From an uncultured Alphaproteobacteria bacterium (GTDB lineage Bacteria > Pseudomonadota > Alphaproteobacteria > HIMB59 > GCA-002718135), in contig CACJWQ010000001.1 of NCBI GenBank assembly GCA_902597015.1, positions 4,520 to 68,519 on the forward strand: 64,000 nt of DNA. The letters are read 5' to 3'. Shown in pieces: positions 18,046-27,565 of this stretch. The translations under genes were made by a program, and so were the position numbers. Under the pieces are notes generated by a model, which ran no database searches, was not told where the DNA came from, and saw only the letters and a list, made by a program, of their open reading frames with translations. How positions within the stretch are numbered: the first letter of the stretch is position 1; each line of letters starts with the position of its first letter.

Positions 18046-19158
18046 CTAATAAAGTCCCATTGATTTAGCTGAAGAGATGAAGGCTTCTTTATTGCCAATA
18101 AAGTTTTTACCTCGTTCCCCTAAAAAAGCATCATCTACTATATTATTCCATTCTTGAACAGGAACTTTTATTTCATTTAAGTTAAGAGGAACCTCTAAAG
18201 AACGCATAAATTCACTCAGATGATTTGCAGCATTCTCTAGATTATCGTTAAAAATTAATTTTAGTCTTTCCTCAGCGACACTATCAATTCCAACCATACT
18301 TTTAGTAATCATGGGTAATGTAAATGAGCAAGCAATACCATGTTGAATGCCGTAATTGAGCGTCACAGGGTATGATAGATTGTGCGCAATAGCAGTTTTT
18401 GTATTGGAAAACGCTAAGCCGGCATGAACGCATGCTAGTGCAATGTTTGAACGTAATTCAATGTTTCTTAAATCTTTAGCGAGAAGTGGTAAATTTTCTA
18501 ATACTAATTTTGATGCTTGTATTGCATGAGAAGCAGAAACTGGATTTGCATTAATATTCCAAATACTTTCCATTGAATGAGAGAGAGCATCTAGACCTGT
18601 TGAAATGGTCAAGCCTAAAGGCTTATCAACCATAATAGATGGGTCGATAATTGCTTTTTCTGCATAAAGAGATTTATGCGCCAAAGATAATTTATTATTT
18701 TTTTCTTTATCCCATATTGTGGCCCAACACGTAAGCTCACTTGATGTTCCTGAAGTTGTAGGTATCGCAATAATCTTGATTGGATTTTCTACTCTTGGAC
18801 TTTTCTTATTACGAACGAAATCTGTTAGATATTCTTGTTTATCTTTAAATGCAGCAATTGCTTTAGCTGTGTCTGTAACAGAGCCACCACCTATAGCTAA
18901 AATATAATCTACCGATTCATTGATTGAAGAAAATTTATTTTGTAGCTCTAAAATATCCTTATAGTCTGGATTAGGCTGAACATCCGTCATAATGGATAAA
19001 GGTGGATTTGAAGAAGATTTTAATTCATCGCTATATTTTTTAAAAATTTCTTCTGGATGAGTGATTATGATGTAGTTCTTATTTTTAAGAGCATCATGTA
19101 CTTCTTTAAATCTATTTTCTCCAAAGATAATTTCAACAGGGTTAAAATAATTCCACAT
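18046..19158 (-). CDS. Group-III iron-containing alcohol dehydrogenase (candidate phosphonoacetaldehyde/2-hydroxyethylphosphonate oxidoreductase)
   Basis: AIGGGSVTDTAKA nucleotide-binding motif, plus metal-binding His cluster LDALSHSMES and AIAHNLSYP...HGIACS. Substrate is inferred from context only. Confidence 0.8.
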   Translation of the reverse strand: MWNYFNPVEIIFGENRFKEVHDALKNKNYIIITHPEEIFKKYSDELKSSSNPPLSIMTDVQPNPDYKDILELQNKFSSINESVDYILAIGGGSVTDTAKAIAAFKDKQEYLTDFVRNKKSPRVENPIKIIAIPTTSGTSSELTCWATIWDKEKNNKLSLAHKSLYAEKAIIDPSIMVDKPLGLTISTGLDALSHSMESIWNINANPVSASHAIQASKLVLENLPLLAKDLRNIELRSNIALACVHAGLAFSNTKTAIAHNLSYPVTLNYGIQHGIACSFTLPMITKSMVGIDSVAEERLKLIFNDNLENAANHLSEFMRSLEVPLNLNEIKVPVQEWNNIVDDAFLGERGKNFIGNKEAFISSAKSMGLY

Positions 19159-19162
19159 TACC

Positions 19163-20242
19163 TTAAATTGATTTTGCCGCTTTAGTTAAAATTGTCATTT
19201 TCTCAATTGCTTGTTCTCGCGTAAAGAAACCTAAACCACAATCTGGCGCAGCTATTAAACGGTGTTCATCAATATGTTCAAGTGAATCTTTGATACGAAC
19301 TCTTACTTCTTCAACAGACTCCATTCTACTTTTTGCAATATCAATAAATCCAAAAATTACTTTTGTTTTAGTAAATTTTTCTAAAAGATTTAAATCATTA
19401 TGCCTATGTGAATCTTCCAAAGATACTTCATCAATGGTTGAATCATCTACAAGTGATGCAATTCTATCATAAGCATCTAGATCAGCCTTTTTATACCCTT
19501 CTGAATCTAGTGAGTTGGGATAACCACAACAAATATGGCAAACGCGTTGCACTTCTTTAGGAATACCATGCATCATTCTTTCTAAATTTTCCATACCATA
19601 TGAATGAGCTTCATCAGGCTTTCTAGCAAATACTGGTTCATCAATTTGAATATACTGACAACCTGCATCTACAAGTGCCTTGATTTCTTTATTGAGAGCT
19701 AATGCTAAATCAAAACCAAGTTTTTTCATGTCATCATAGTAATTGTTGGCAATTGAATCTGTAATTGTCATTGGTCCAGGTAGCGTAATTTTAACTGGGT
19801 TTTTTGTAAATTGTTGTGCACTCTTCCAGTCTAAATGCATACGTATTTCTTTACTTGAAATCGGTGCAACAATAGTTGGAAGATCAGCTTCGAACGCGCC
19901 TTGTCTTACTGACTTATGTGTAACTTCTTTAAAACTTATTCCATTTAAAAATCGACATTGATATAATACGTAACTCTCACGTCTGACTTCTCCATCTGTT
20001 GGAACATCAATACCCGCATTTACTTGATCAGTTATAACTTCTTTAATTGCTGCTAAAAATAATTTTTCAGCATCTGCACCTGCAGACTCTAATGCTTTTT
20101 CATATGCGCCAGGTGACCAATTTGATAATAATCCTTTTGATGCTTTTCTCTCTTCTTCTGATTTTGTCCCTAAAAACCAATCTTGAATGGGTGTTTGTTT
20201 AGGTTTTGGATAAGCACCTATTGTAGTTGTTGTAAGAGGCAT
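19163..20242 (-). CDS. Stand-alone MetE C-terminal-domain-like (Meth_synt_2) Zn-dependent methyltransferase
   Basis: 359 aa. Zn-ligand pattern is H-x-C (VCHICCGYP), E (VSLEDSH) and C (APDCGLGF). There is no N-terminal MetE domain. Confidence 0.7.
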   Translation of the reverse strand: MPLTTTTIGAYPKPKQTPIQDWFLGTKSEEERKASKGLLSNWSPGAYEKALESAGADAEKLFLAAIKEVITDQVNAGIDVPTDGEVRRESYVLYQCRFLNGISFKEVTHKSVRQGAFEADLPTIVAPISSKEIRMHLDWKSAQQFTKNPVKITLPGPMTITDSIANNYYDDMKKLGFDLALALNKEIKALVDAGCQYIQIDEPVFARKPDEAHSYGMENLERMMHGIPKEVQRVCHICCGYPNSLDSEGYKKADLDAYDRIASLVDDSTIDEVSLEDSHRHNDLNLLEKFTKTKVIFGFIDIAKSRMESVEEVRVRIKDSLEHIDEHRLIAAPDCGLGFFTREQAIEKMTILTKAAKSI

Positions 20243-20274
20243 CTATTTTTACTCCCATTTAAATTTAAAATAAA

Positions 20275-20299
20275 ACAGCGGCTTTTATAAAGCCGCTGT
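20275..20299 (-). terminator. Rho-independent terminator/attenuator after the binding-protein gene
   Basis: Perfect inverted repeat ACAGCGGCTTT / AAAGCCGCTGT. On the minus strand it is followed by UUUUAUUUU. Confidence 0.65.
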
Positions 20300-20329
20300 A
20301 ATAAAAAGTTAATAATAAATAATCTCAAA

Positions 20330-21583
20330 TTACATAAGATCGTTTATTTCTTCCATCATTTCTTCTTGAAGATCTGCCATATCATCAGCGTCGCCTGTAG
20401 CAATTTCTTCCGTGAAATCATAGATTACCTGTGTAACAGCTAATCCATTTTCTCCAGGATACGCAAACCAATCAGCAAGAAGTGGAAGTTGTTCAACAGC
20501 AGTAAGTTTATTAGGGTTTTGACTATAGAAGTCACCTAATAAATCATTCGCTGCTTTGTTTGGTGGAACATATCCAGTTGTTTCAGCAACCAATGCAGCA
20601 CCAATACCTGATGTAATGAACTTTAAGAAAGTCCATGCAGCATCAACTCTTGCTGGGTCATCAGATGTAGACACTAACATTGCAGCGTTTCCACCTGCTG
20701 GTAATCTTGCTGGTGTTCCATTGTTAACTCCTGCCATTCCAGGGAATGGTGCAGTTTTTAAAACAAAGTCTGCCTTTGCTGCATTAACTGAGCCCAAGCT
20801 TGAAGTAGACCAGAACATCATACCAATAGTACCTGCGTTAAACGCAGCTTGACCATCAGCAATTGAATAGTTTGGCATATTACATCCACTCATGATTGCT
20901 TTCATTTGCTCTAACGTTGCAAGTCCTGCATCACCACCCATATTTACAGCTCCATCCTTAACCATTGGAACATTCTGAGTATGCATTAATGCTTGGTGGA
21001 ACCAGTTACCTGTGATGTTCCAACCAAAGTATAGAGTTCCTTTACCTGCTGCTTCCAATTTATTACATGCTGCAATAACTTCGTCCCAGTTAGTTGGAAT
21101 ACTATCTACACCTGCTTCAGCTAATAGATCCATGTTGTAATATCCGACTGGCGTTGATACAGAAAATGGTAATCCATAAACTTCACCACCGAATGTTGAA
21201 AGACTTAACATAGCAGAATGGTAACCATCTTTTTCAAAAGCTGCTTCTTTTGCGATAAATGGCTCTAAAGACTTAGCAATACCTTTGTCAACTAGAGGTG
21301 CCTGTCTGTTAAGACCTTGCATTGTTACATCTGGTAAATTACCTGAAGTAGACTCTCTGAAGATTGTTGCAGTTGCATCCTCATAGTTTTCATAAGTTGC
21401 TCTAAATTTAACTTGAATATCTGGATGTGCTTTTTCAAACTCTGGCATAATAGCTTGAAACGTTACATCGAATAATCCTGAATAAGGATAAGCTACTTCT
21501 ATTTCAATAGACTTAGCTGAATTAACAGAACCATAAAAACCGAAAGCTAATACGGCTGCCAATCCTGTAATTAATTTTTTCAT
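20330..21583 (-). CDS. Family-1 (CUT1-type) periplasmic substrate-binding protein linked to phnY-phnA
   Basis: Signal peptide MKKLITGLAAVLAFGFYGSVNSA. 417-aa acidic SBP with GC/codon usage typical of highly expressed genes in this window. Confidence 0.8.
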   Translation of the reverse strand: MKKLITGLAAVLAFGFYGSVNSAKSIEIEVAYPYSGLFDVTFQAIMPEFEKAHPDIQVKFRATYENYEDATATIFRESTSGNLPDVTMQGLNRQAPLVDKGIAKSLEPFIAKEAAFEKDGYHSAMLSLSTFGGEVYGLPFSVSTPVGYYNMDLLAEAGVDSIPTNWDEVIAACNKLEAAGKGTLYFGWNITGNWFHQALMHTQNVPMVKDGAVNMGGDAGLATLEQMKAIMSGCNMPNYSIADGQAAFNAGTIGMMFWSTSSLGSVNAAKADFVLKTAPFPGMAGVNNGTPARLPAGGNAAMLVSTSDDPARVDAAWTFLKFITSGIGAALVAETTGYVPPNKAANDLLGDFYSQNPNKLTAVEQLPLLADWFAYPGENGLAVTQVIYDFTEEIATGDADDMADLQEEMMEEINDLM

Positions 21584-21718
21584 TTAATCCTCCCGATTGA
21601 ATATAATAATTTAATCTAACATGTAGCTAGAAAGGGTTACAATTTTATTACGAAAAAATTACTAAAAAATAAGCTTATTTTTCCACAGAAATAAAAAAAT
21701 TAGAGAAAAACTTGTTTT

Positions 21719-23161
21719 TTACCAAGGTAGTGAGAAAGTTTTTACATTAGTAAAGCTTTTCATTGCTTCAATTACACCTTCTTTATAACCAAGACCTGAA
21801 TCTTTAATTCCTCCAAAAGGTGACATTTCAATTCTATAGCCTGGAACCTCCCAAATATTTACAGTGCCAACATTTAAACCTTGAATATATTTTTTTGCTC
21901 GCATGAAGTTATTTGTACATACACCAGATGATAATCCAAATGCGGTTGAATTAGATATTTTCATTACAGCTTCATCGTCATTAGGCACACGAATGATTGG
22001 TATAACTGGACCAAATGTTTCTTCTAAAACTAATTCACTTTTAGGATCAACATGATCTACAACTATTGGAGGTAACAAAGCGCCTTTTCTTCCAGGGTGA
22101 TATAAAATTTTTGCACCATCTTCTTCAGCCATAGAGACTCTTTTGTCAAAAAGTTCTGCAGCTTCAGCATTAACAACAGTACCTAAGTCTGTTTCCATAT
22201 TCATAGGATCACCAAATTTAATTTTCTTAGCACGCTCAAGAGCCATTTCAACAAATTGATCTGCAATGGATTCTTGAACCAATATTCTTTTAACAGCTGT
22301 ACAACGTTGACCAGAATTTTTCGTTGCTCCAGTAACAGCTAGTTCAACAGCTTTTTTAAGATCATCACCATCTAAGTCATTTAAAACAATTAAAGGGTCA
22401 TTACCGCCAAGCTCTAGTACTGTTCTTTTGTATCCAGCTTGTTCAGCAATTAATTTTCCTACACCCACACTGCCTGTAAAAGTAATTAGATCAATATTTG
22501 GATTTTTGATCATTTCTGATCCGATATCTTGAGGCCATCCAGTTACAACTGAAAACATTTCTGGTGGTAAACCTGCTTCATATAAAACATCAGCAAGTAC
22601 CATTGCTGTTAAGGGTGTTAATTCTGTTTGTTTACATACAGTACAATTATTAGTTGCAATTGAAGGTGCAATTTTATGCGCTACCATATTCAAAGGATGA
22701 TTAAATGGAGTTATTGCTGAAATTGCCGTTAAAGGTTCTCTTATGGTAAATATTTTTCTCGCTTTTCCATGTGGAGTTAAATCACAAGAAAATATTTCTC
22801 CATCATCATGAATACAAAGTTGAGCCGTTAATGAAAATACATCGAAAGCTCTTCCTACTTCGTATAAAGAATCTTGTTTTGAGATACCAAGTTCTAAAGT
22901 AATAATATCAGAAATTTCTTCTTTTCTTTTAACAAGTACTTCCGCAGCAGTTTGAAGAATTTTTTGTCTCTCATATCTTGTAAGTTTAGGCTGATAATTT
23001 GCAGCTATATCTAAAGCCTTTCTTGCATGCTCTGCAGTACCGGCTGGAACCGTTCCGATTACTTCACCTGTAAAAGGGTACTCAACATTTATTGTTTTAT
23101 CTGAAGTAACTTTTTCTCCAGCTATACGCATTGCTTCATTAATCATTTTTTTGTGCATCAT
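21719..23161 (-). CDS. phnY: Aldehyde dehydrogenase; phosphonoacetaldehyde dehydrogenase by context
   Basis: ALDH motifs ELGGNDP, GQRCTA (catalytic Cys) and EETFGPV are present. It has a 4-nt ATGA overlap with the upstream phnA. Confidence 0.75.
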   Translation of the reverse strand: MMHKKMINEAMRIAGEKVTSDKTINVEYPFTGEVIGTVPAGTAEHARKALDIAANYQPKLTRYERQKILQTAAEVLVKRKEEISDIITLELGISKQDSLYEVGRAFDVFSLTAQLCIHDDGEIFSCDLTPHGKARKIFTIREPLTAISAITPFNHPLNMVAHKIAPSIATNNCTVCKQTELTPLTAMVLADVLYEAGLPPEMFSVVTGWPQDIGSEMIKNPNIDLITFTGSVGVGKLIAEQAGYKRTVLELGGNDPLIVLNDLDGDDLKKAVELAVTGATKNSGQRCTAVKRILVQESIADQFVEMALERAKKIKFGDPMNMETDLGTVVNAEAAELFDKRVSMAEEDGAKILYHPGRKGALLPPIVVDHVDPKSELVLEETFGPVIPIIRVPNDDEAVMKISNSTAFGLSSGVCTNNFMRAKKYIQGLNVGTVNIWEVPGYRIEMSPFGGIKDSGLGYKEGVIEAMKSFTNVKTFSLPW

Positions 23162-24399
23162 AGGGCTCCATTTATTGCATAATAAAATGCATCATAGTTA
23201 TATAATTGTTTGCTAGTATCTAAGTTTTGTAATTTTAAATTTGATATGAATGGCACTTCTCTTTCATGGAGTCCTCCATGAGAACGTAAAGGTTCATTTA
23301 ATCCAGAAAGATTGTGTTTATCTTCCGATGAACCAATAGTCATAAATTCTGAAGACATACATATAATATCTCCCATTCTATCAGGAGGTAAATTGTAAGT
23401 AGAGCATCCTTCATCTTTTGTTAAAACAACTTCTATATCTTTTATTTCTTTAATAGCATTTACAACTGAATCTACCTTGCTCTTGTCTTCTAAATAAATT
23501 GTTGCAAAAGAACCAAGTGAACCATGATGAACAACATATGGATCTGTAATTGGTAGGATGACTTTAGCCATGTTTGGTTCAAATTTTTTATCTAAATAAT
23601 CTTGTAAAAATATTGCATTAGGTGAACCATCTTCTTTTGATTTTGGTTTCATTCCGTGATCTGCTGTAATGATTATAGAAACATTCTCCTTATTTAAAAG
23701 ACCAATATATTTATCAAACATTGCATAAAATTTATTTGCTGTTTCGTTTCCTGGTGCATATTTGTGTTGAATATAATCCGTAGTCGATAAATACATGATA
23801 TTTGGTTTGAACTCTTCAAGAAGCTTGACACCTGCAGCCATTACAAATTCAGAAAGTCCTTCAGAGTATACTTCTGGCACTGGCATCCCTAACCAATCGT
23901 TTACATTATCTATACCATTGAGATCTTTTGTTGCTTGATCAGATTTTTCAGCAGAAAAACAAATAGCTCTCTCATCATCAAAACTTAATCCATTTCCTAA
24001 AAGTGTTCTCAGCTTATCTTTTGCAGTAACGAGAGCAATTTTAGAACCAGAATTATAAAATTTTTCAAAAATAGTTGGTGCTCGCATATATTTTGGGTCA
24101 TTCATCATTACTTCTTCACCGGTCTCGGGTGTATAAAAGAAGTTTCCGCATATACCGTGAACAGAACTTGGTTGGCCTGTTACAATCGAAATGTTATTTG
24201 GATTTGTAAAACTTGGAATAGCGCTGTGAACAAGTAGGTTTTCACCACTTGCAATTAATTTATCAAGATTTGGTGTAAGATTAGATTTTGATGCTTCTTC
24301 GAGATACTCTTTTTGACTACCATCAAGGCATATAACAATAGCAGTTTTTGAGAAAGAGCTTGGATATTCTCTTTTATTAATTTCTAAATTACCGGACAC
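23158..24399 (-). CDS. phnA: Phosphonoacetate hydrolase (alkaline-phosphatase superfamily)
   Basis: Motifs [38 protein letters not shown] (nucleophile-Thr region) and ITADHGM are present. At 413 aa it is the typical PhnA length. Confidence 0.85.
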   Translation of the reverse strand: MSGNLEINKREYPSSFSKTAIVICLDGSQKEYLEEASKSNLTPNLDKLIASGENLLVHSAIPSFTNPNNISIVTGQPSSVHGICGNFFYTPETGEEVMMNDPKYMRAPTIFEKFYNSGSKIALVTAKDKLRTLLGNGLSFDDERAICFSAEKSDQATKDLNGIDNVNDWLGMPVPEVYSEGLSEFVMAAGVKLLEEFKPNIMYLSTTDYIQHKYAPGNETANKFYAMFDKYIGLLNKENVSIIITADHGMKPKSKEDGSPNAIFLQDYLDKKFEPNMAKVILPITDPYVVHHGSLGSFATIYLEDKSKVDSVVNAIKEIKDIEVVLTKDEGCSTYNLPPDRMGDIICMSSEFMTIGSSEDKHNLSGLNEPLRSHGGLHEREVPFISNLKLQNLDTSKQLYNYDAFYYAINGAL

Positions 24400-24575
24400 G
24401 ATTTCAACTAATATATATTATTAAAAATACGAATTTATAGTTATCTGCTAGGTAAACTCAATCATAATTTGAATATTTGTTAATAAAATTGAAATAAAAC
24501 TGAAATAAATATATTTAAAATATTCTCAAATTTAATAAAATTTTGTAGATTAAAGTTAAGATACAGGGGGAATGA

Positions 24576-25709
24576 GTGGGAACAATATCGCTTAAAAATA
24601 TTTCAAAGGCATTTGGGTCTACACAAGTACTTAATAATTTGAATGTTGATATAAACGATGGAGAATTCTTAACATTAGTTGGTCCATCTGGTTGTGGTAA
24701 ATCTACATTACTTAGAATAATTGCAGGATTGGAACAGCAGACTTCAGGTGATGTATTAATAGATAATAAAAATGTAAATAGAGTTAGAGCCAGTGAAAGA
24801 GATTTGGCAATGGTATTCCAATCATATGCTCTTTATCCTCATCTCACAGTAAGAAGAAATTTAGAAACTCCATTAAGACTGAGAGATTATAATGCATTTG
24901 AAAGACTACCCTTGATTGGTAATTTTTCTCCAAGCAAAAAAGAGAAAACAGAATCTATTAATCAATTAGTAAATAAAACTTCTGAAACTCTAAAAATTTC
25001 AGAACTATTAGATAGAAAACCAGGACAATTGTCAGGTGGTCAAAGACAAAGAGTTGCTCTTGGTCGTGCCATGGTTAGAGAGCCTGTTGCTTTTTTAATG
25101 GATGAACCTCTTTCAAATTTAGATGCGGCTCTGAGAGTTCACATGCGATCTGAATTATCTGAACTTCATAATTCACTTAAAACTACTTTTGTGTACGTAA
25201 CACATGATCAAGCAGAAGCGTTAACTATGTCTTCTCGAATGGCTGTGATGATTGATGGAAATTTATTACAACTAGATACACCTCAAGAAGTATATGACAA
25301 TCCTTCCTCATTAAGTGTAGCTCAATTTGTTGGAAGTCCAAAAATAAATATATTTAAAGGAACTGCGGACTCTAGTGGGACGATAAGTTTTCTCAACGTT
25401 AATCTAAAAAGAAAAAGTTCTGAAAGTAATACAGATTTACATATTGGTATTCGACCAGAACATTTAGAAATTACAAATGAAAGTAATGAAAATACATTTA
25501 GTGGAACAGTTGCATATAGAGAAAATTTAGGTTCAGATATTTTCTTTCATGTAAATATTGAAGACGGTTCAAATAAAATAATTGTAAGAGGCTTACCACA
25601 ATTTACACACCAAATTTCAAATGGTTCTAGTGTAAATATAAAAAGAGTTTCAGATAAAGCATTACTATTTAATCAAGCAGGAATGAGGGTTCAATTTACT
25701 AATGCATAA
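24576..25709 (+). CDS. ABC transporter ATPase, MalK type
   Basis: GTG start with SD AGGGGG. Walker A GPSGCGKST, signature LSGGQRQR, Walker B FLMDEPLSNLD, plus a C-terminal regulatory domain. Confidence 0.85.
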   Translation: MGTISLKNISKAFGSTQVLNNLNVDINDGEFLTLVGPSGCGKSTLLRIIAGLEQQTSGDVLIDNKNVNRVRASERDLAMVFQSYALYPHLTVRRNLETPLRLRDYNAFERLPLIGNFSPSKKEKTESINQLVNKTSETLKISELLDRKPGQLSGGQRQRVALGRAMVREPVAFLMDEPLSNLDAALRVHMRSELSELHNSLKTTFVYVTHDQAEALTMSSRMAVMIDGNLLQLDTPQEVYDNPSSLSVAQFVGSPKINIFKGTADSSGTISFLNVNLKRKSSESNTDLHIGIRPEHLEITNESNENTFSGTVAYRENLGSDIFFHVNIEDGSNKIIVRGLPQFTHQISNGSSVNIKRVSDKALLFNQAGMRVQFTNA

Positions 25710-26658
25710 TTCAAAAGCTCACATATGGTTTATTGCACCAGCAATCATACTGATGATAATTATTTTAATTTTTCCTCTTTTTCTTGCAGGAGGAATTTCT
25801 TTTACTGACTATAATTTAGGAAACAAAACATTCGAGTGGGTTGGACTAGAAAATTATGACAAGATGTTCAATCGAAAAACATATGTCAAAATGATTTGGG
25901 CCACAGCGACGTATGTTATTGTTGTCGTTCCAATTTCTGTTGTACTTGGATTATGTGCTGCTATGCTCTTAAATTCACTAAGGTTTGGCGCTGATATATA
26001 TAAAACAATTTTCTTTCTTCCAGTTATGGCAACTCTTCTTGCAATGGCAATTGCATGGGAATTTACTCTTCATCCAACATTAGGAATTGTAAATAGTTTT
26101 TTAGCAAATGGGTGTGGAGGAGTTAGGGAATTCATTCTTGGTTTTCATTGGTTGCCATGGGTAGACTCACAAGAAAGCTGGTACGCTGTAGCATGTGCAA
26201 ACAACATGGATTTTCCATATTGGTTAAAACAAAAAAATACCGCGATTTGGACAGTATGTTTCATAGGAATTTGGCAGGCATTTGGTTTTAACATGGTTTT
26301 ATATTTAGCTGGTTTAACAAGCATACCAAGAGAGTTATACCAAGCTGCAGAAATGGATGGAGCTAAATCTACTTGGGAACAATTTAAGCTTGTTACATGG
26401 CCAATGCTTGGTCCAACAACGTTGTTTGTTGTCACTATTACTACAATTAGAACGTTTCAAGTATTTGATACCATCGAAATACTCACCAAGGGTGGTCCAT
26501 CAAAAACAACGTATGTCATGATGTATGCGATCTTTGAAAAAGCTATTCAACAAAACTTAACAAGTATCGGTGCAGCAATCACAGTTGTCTTTATTGGATT
26601 TATTCTCGTGTTAACGTTTTTCCAAAGATATGTCATTGAGAAGAGAGTTCATTATTAA
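25702..26658 (+). CDS. CUT1 ABC permease (MalF/UgpA-like)
   Basis: EAA loop ELYQAAEMDGAKSTWEQFKLVTWPML. Overlaps the ATPase gene by 8 nt. Confidence 0.85.
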   Translation: MHNSKAHIWFIAPAIILMIIILIFPLFLAGGISFTDYNLGNKTFEWVGLENYDKMFNRKTYVKMIWATATYVIVVVPISVVLGLCAAMLLNSLRFGADIYKTIFFLPVMATLLAMAIAWEFTLHPTLGIVNSFLANGCGGVREFILGFHWLPWVDSQESWYAVACANNMDFPYWLKQKNTAIWTVCFIGIWQAFGFNMVLYLAGLTSIPRELYQAAEMDGAKSTWEQFKLVTWPMLGPTTLFVVTITTIRTFQVFDTIEILTKGGPSKTTYVMMYAIFEKAIQQNLTSIGAAITVVFIGFILVLTFFQRYVIEKRVHY

Positions 26659-27551
26659 TGGAAGCTAAACAATATATTGGGGAAGGTTGGAAACATGCAA
26701 TCTTAATTATCGGTGCTATCGTAGTGATGCTCCCTTTTTATATGATGGTTTCTATGTCATTAAAATCTCAGCAAGAAATCCAATCAATTTCTGGTGGTCT
26801 TATTGGTGCGCAAGAAACTCAAACGTTTCCTGTATGTGTTAAAACTGGTTATTCAGAAGAAACATGTACAATGAAGCCATATCAATACAACTATTGGTTT
26901 GCTTTTGAGAAAGCTCCTATTCCTAGATACTTAATGAATGGTGTCATTGTTACTTTATCAATCTTCATCATTCAGGTTCTAGTCGCCTTACCGTGCGCGT
27001 ATGCACTCGCCAAGTTACGTTTTTACGGACGAGAATTTGTTTTCTCGATGGTTTTATTTTGCTTGCTCATTCCAGTTCACGGAATTGCACTTCCATTATA
27101 TGTTATGTTGGCCCAGGCAGGATTAGTTGACACCTATTCCGCCTTAATACTCCCCTGGACCATATCGGTGTTTGGAATCTTTTTAATGCGGCAATTCTTT
27201 ATGACTGTGCCCGATGAGTTAATTGATGCCGCCAGGATGGACGGCATGGGAGAGTACGCAATCGTATGGAAAGTAATGCTTCCAACTGCAATACCAGCGT
27301 TACTTGCTTTTGCAATATTCTCAGTTGTTGCGCACTGGAATGATTATTTCTGGCCTCGTATGGTAATAACAGGAAATAGAGATCTCTTTACTCCGCCACT
27401 TGGTATAAGGGAATTCAGAGGTGGAATTGATAGTGACGAATTTGGTCCTATGATGGCTTCGATAGTTACAGTAACAGTTCCCCTTATTGTTGCTTTTATA
27501 ATCGCGCAAAAACGATTTATTGAAGGAATTACTTTGACAGGCATGAAGTAA
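26658..27551 (+). CDS. CUT1 ABC permease (MalG/UgpE-like)
   Basis: EAA loop ELIDAARMDGMGEYAIVWKVMLP. It has a TAATG-type 1-nt overlap with the upstream permease. Confidence 0.85.
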   Translation: MEAKQYIGEGWKHAILIIGAIVVMLPFYMMVSMSLKSQQEIQSISGGLIGAQETQTFPVCVKTGYSEETCTMKPYQYNYWFAFEKAPIPRYLMNGVIVTLSIFIIQVLVALPCAYALAKLRFYGREFVFSMVLFCLLIPVHGIALPLYVMLAQAGLVDTYSALILPWTISVFGIFLMRQFFMTVPDELIDAARMDGMGEYAIVWKVMLPTAIPALLAFAIFSVVAHWNDYFWPRMVITGNRDLFTPPLGIREFRGGIDSDEFGPMMASIVTVTVPLIVAFIIAQKRFIEGITLTGMK

Positions 27552-27565
27552 ATTCTTATCTACTG

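Noticed and set aside
20243-20329. Possible SAM riboswitch upstream of the MetE-like gene
   Set aside because: The spacer contains only one simple perfect hairpin followed by a U-run, which is a terminator/attenuator of the upstream SBP gene. I could find no pseudoknot-forming or conserved SAM-II/SAM-V-like sequence.
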